Source: Anthoceros angustus
Taxonomy: Eukaryota; Plantae; Anthocerotophyta
DNA: 64,000 bases
Assembly (NCBI GenBank): GCA_010909165.1
Contig: MU008149.1
Span: 248,001 to 312,000 of the forward strand
Direction: 5' to 3'
The position numbers and the translations under genes are program-made. The stretch's first letter is position 1. Each line of letters starts with the position of its first letter. Shown one piece after another: positions 62,100 to 64,000 of this stretch. Below the pieces are notes generated by a model that made no database searches, was not told where the DNA came from, and was given only the letters and a program-made list of their open reading frames with translations.

Positions 62100-62800
62100 C
62101 TTAATTCCGCCTCTCGGACCTGGTTCGGACAAAATAATTAGAGGAAGACAATTCTTTGAACGTTTCTTGATGTAATCCGATTCGGGACCTTTGGAAATTC
62201 TGCAACCAAGTCCAGCAGAGTGCGAGAGGGACTTGTCCCGCGACTAGCAAGTCAAAATCAGCCTGGTAACCACCAACTCGTGCACCGGGCCATGAAGGCA
62301 CTCGTCCGTGTCCCTCCCCAAAACGCCCTACTTCTTGTTCAAGACCGTCTTGATGTTGCTTGCACCATCCGTGGCCGTGAATGTGAGCAAGCGCCTTCAA
62401 AGCCGGTCCTAATGGCACCGTGAAGCTCGCCACCGGATCGCTATCCACGTACCAATTCTGCTCGGATCTCCACCAACATCGATGAAGCTTTTATTCCATT
62501 GCGCATGAAAGGTGCCCATCCATTGTAATTCCTCCATTTCGAGCCCTCACCTCGCCACCTTCTAGCTCCTCCCCGCCCACCACCCATGCTCTCCTCCCAT
62601 CATCGCCGATGTCCCCTCACATGAGGCCCCACGCTCTACCAAGAAGGCATCTTTCACGTGACCTCAATAACCGGGTGAGACACACAATCCGGGATTAGCA
62701 ACAACGAGGAAGCGGCGAAAGGGAAAGAGAGCGCTAGACTTGCACTGGGAACATACCATTGAACTATGCACATGGCCAAAACGCGGACATGAAGACCCTA
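62100..62800 (-). mobile_element. Possible hAT-like transposase remnants
   Basis: LLTFTATDGASNIKTVL resembles hAT TD(N/G)ASN; ECLHGPVHELVV resembles CxxHxLxLVV; upstream GITMDG and VCSQC. Heavily disrupted. Confidence 0.4.
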
Positions 62801-64000
62801 CCCATTGCAGCGTTTGCTCGGGAAGTTCAAACCCAACAGCCCTATCCTTGCATTGGCCAGCGGTCTCACGATCAGGAAAGTCTGGCACACTTTGGATGAC
62901 GCCATCTCCCTGACATGGCGACCAGGTGGCAGGGCTTGGCTCACGCCGGTGGCATGAGCCGGCGGCCCACTTCACCTCAAGCCTTGTGACGTAAGGGAAC
63001 ATGGGCGCAAAACCGCAACAGCGTAAGAGCGACAGGTCATGACCGAAGCTCCTTTGATTTCGGCTTCATGCGTGCTTGTAATGACACAAAGCTCTTCTCG
63101 ACCACCGTGCTTGCCATCTCCATCTCCAACACATCCATATCGGCGGCACCTCGCACATCCTCGCTAACCTCCGGATCCATGTCGGCTTCCATGAAGGCCT
63201 GTGGTGTGGGGAGATAAAATGGAAGGAGTCAAGGCCCTCCAAACTCAATCAAGTGGCTCGAGTCTTTTCCCGTGACCTCGGCGGTGCGGCATATGGAATC
63301 TCTAGCATACGGCCCTAGTCCCATTACTTGTCGCCCCGCCCACCATGCGTCGCTAGTGAATAAAGTGCATCCACATCACTACACCGGGCAGCAGTTTGGG
63401 CGGGTCGCCTGGCGAACCACAGCAATGCGGTCGCGAGTGGCGCGAAATCCGTGACTCGTGCAAAAATTGTGACCCGAGTCGGAATAAGACCACACACACA
63501 CCGCAGCTTGACCACGATTTGGGTGCTTTGGTGACCCACTCTTTAAACCCGCCCACCAACACACTCGACGAGTGCCATGGAGGACCCACGATATCAAGAG
63601 TCGATGCCCTTCAAGATGAAGATGCTCCTCTTCTCCGACGACAATCGAGCTTGTGCCAAGAGTCTCCCGCCACCACCGAGCTTGTGACAACGGCGTACAA
63701 TTGCAGTGCTGGCGATGCCTCCTGCACGGGATCGCATGATGAGGCCGAAAGCCGGACGATGGGTTCTACAACAGGTCATTCGCCTCAACTCCTGCATGGA
63801 CTCGTCATATGTTCAATGCCATTTCGCCTTCAGACATTACCTTGTGCCCGAGGCACGAGCGGCTCAAAGTGAAAGCCGAGTGAGTGTCCATGAGGTCGTG
63901 CCCCAAAGAACATGTCTTGTAATTGTATCATCCCATGCATGTCTTGTATTTGTAAGCCACTTGTTAATCATCCCACACATTCGGCCGAACTTCGCAGTGT

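Noticed and set aside
1-64000. Prokaryotic or viral origin of the whole window, suggested by KdsD and the DNA methylase
   Set aside because: Spliceosomal introns, dynein, PPR, Copia and TTTAGGG motifs show plant nuclear DNA; KdsD/SETH3 is a normal plant gene for Kdo synthesis.

Overview
Eukaryotic nuclear DNA from a seed-free land plant with flagellated sperm. The inference is Selaginella-like, based on compact genes, roughly 50-110 nt GT-AG introns, an axonemal dynein, a PLS-class PPR gene and TTTAGGG motifs. The left ~35 kb is gene-rich: a multi-exon axonemal dynein heavy chain running off the left edge, an intronless ZMAT2/Snu23, a KdsD/SETH3 arabinose-5-P isomerase, an At1g16080-like Rossmann protein and a secreted TPD1-like protein with a long Pro-rich tail. 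It also holds decayed PPR, trihelix and Brr2 fragments and REL-type non-LTR pieces. The right ~29 kb is a nest of decayed mobile DNA. The main signal there is a DDE transposase (IDGMD / LQMDN / VGHTHD type) oriented head-to-head with a large gene that ends in a beta-class N4/N6 DNA methyltransferase domain and has a possible ParB-like domain upstream, suggesting a large methyltransferase-carrying DNA transposon. Nested in this region are a full Ty1/Copia with near-perfect TSD, a ~190-bp GC-rich piece resembling the alphaproteobacterial ATP-synthase inhibitor zeta (DUF1476) next to the window's only N, a 1.3-kb foldback element built of CATG palindromes, a second Copia fragment, a CACTA terminus and hAT-like remnants. 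All family assignments come from motif recognition by eye; no searches were run.
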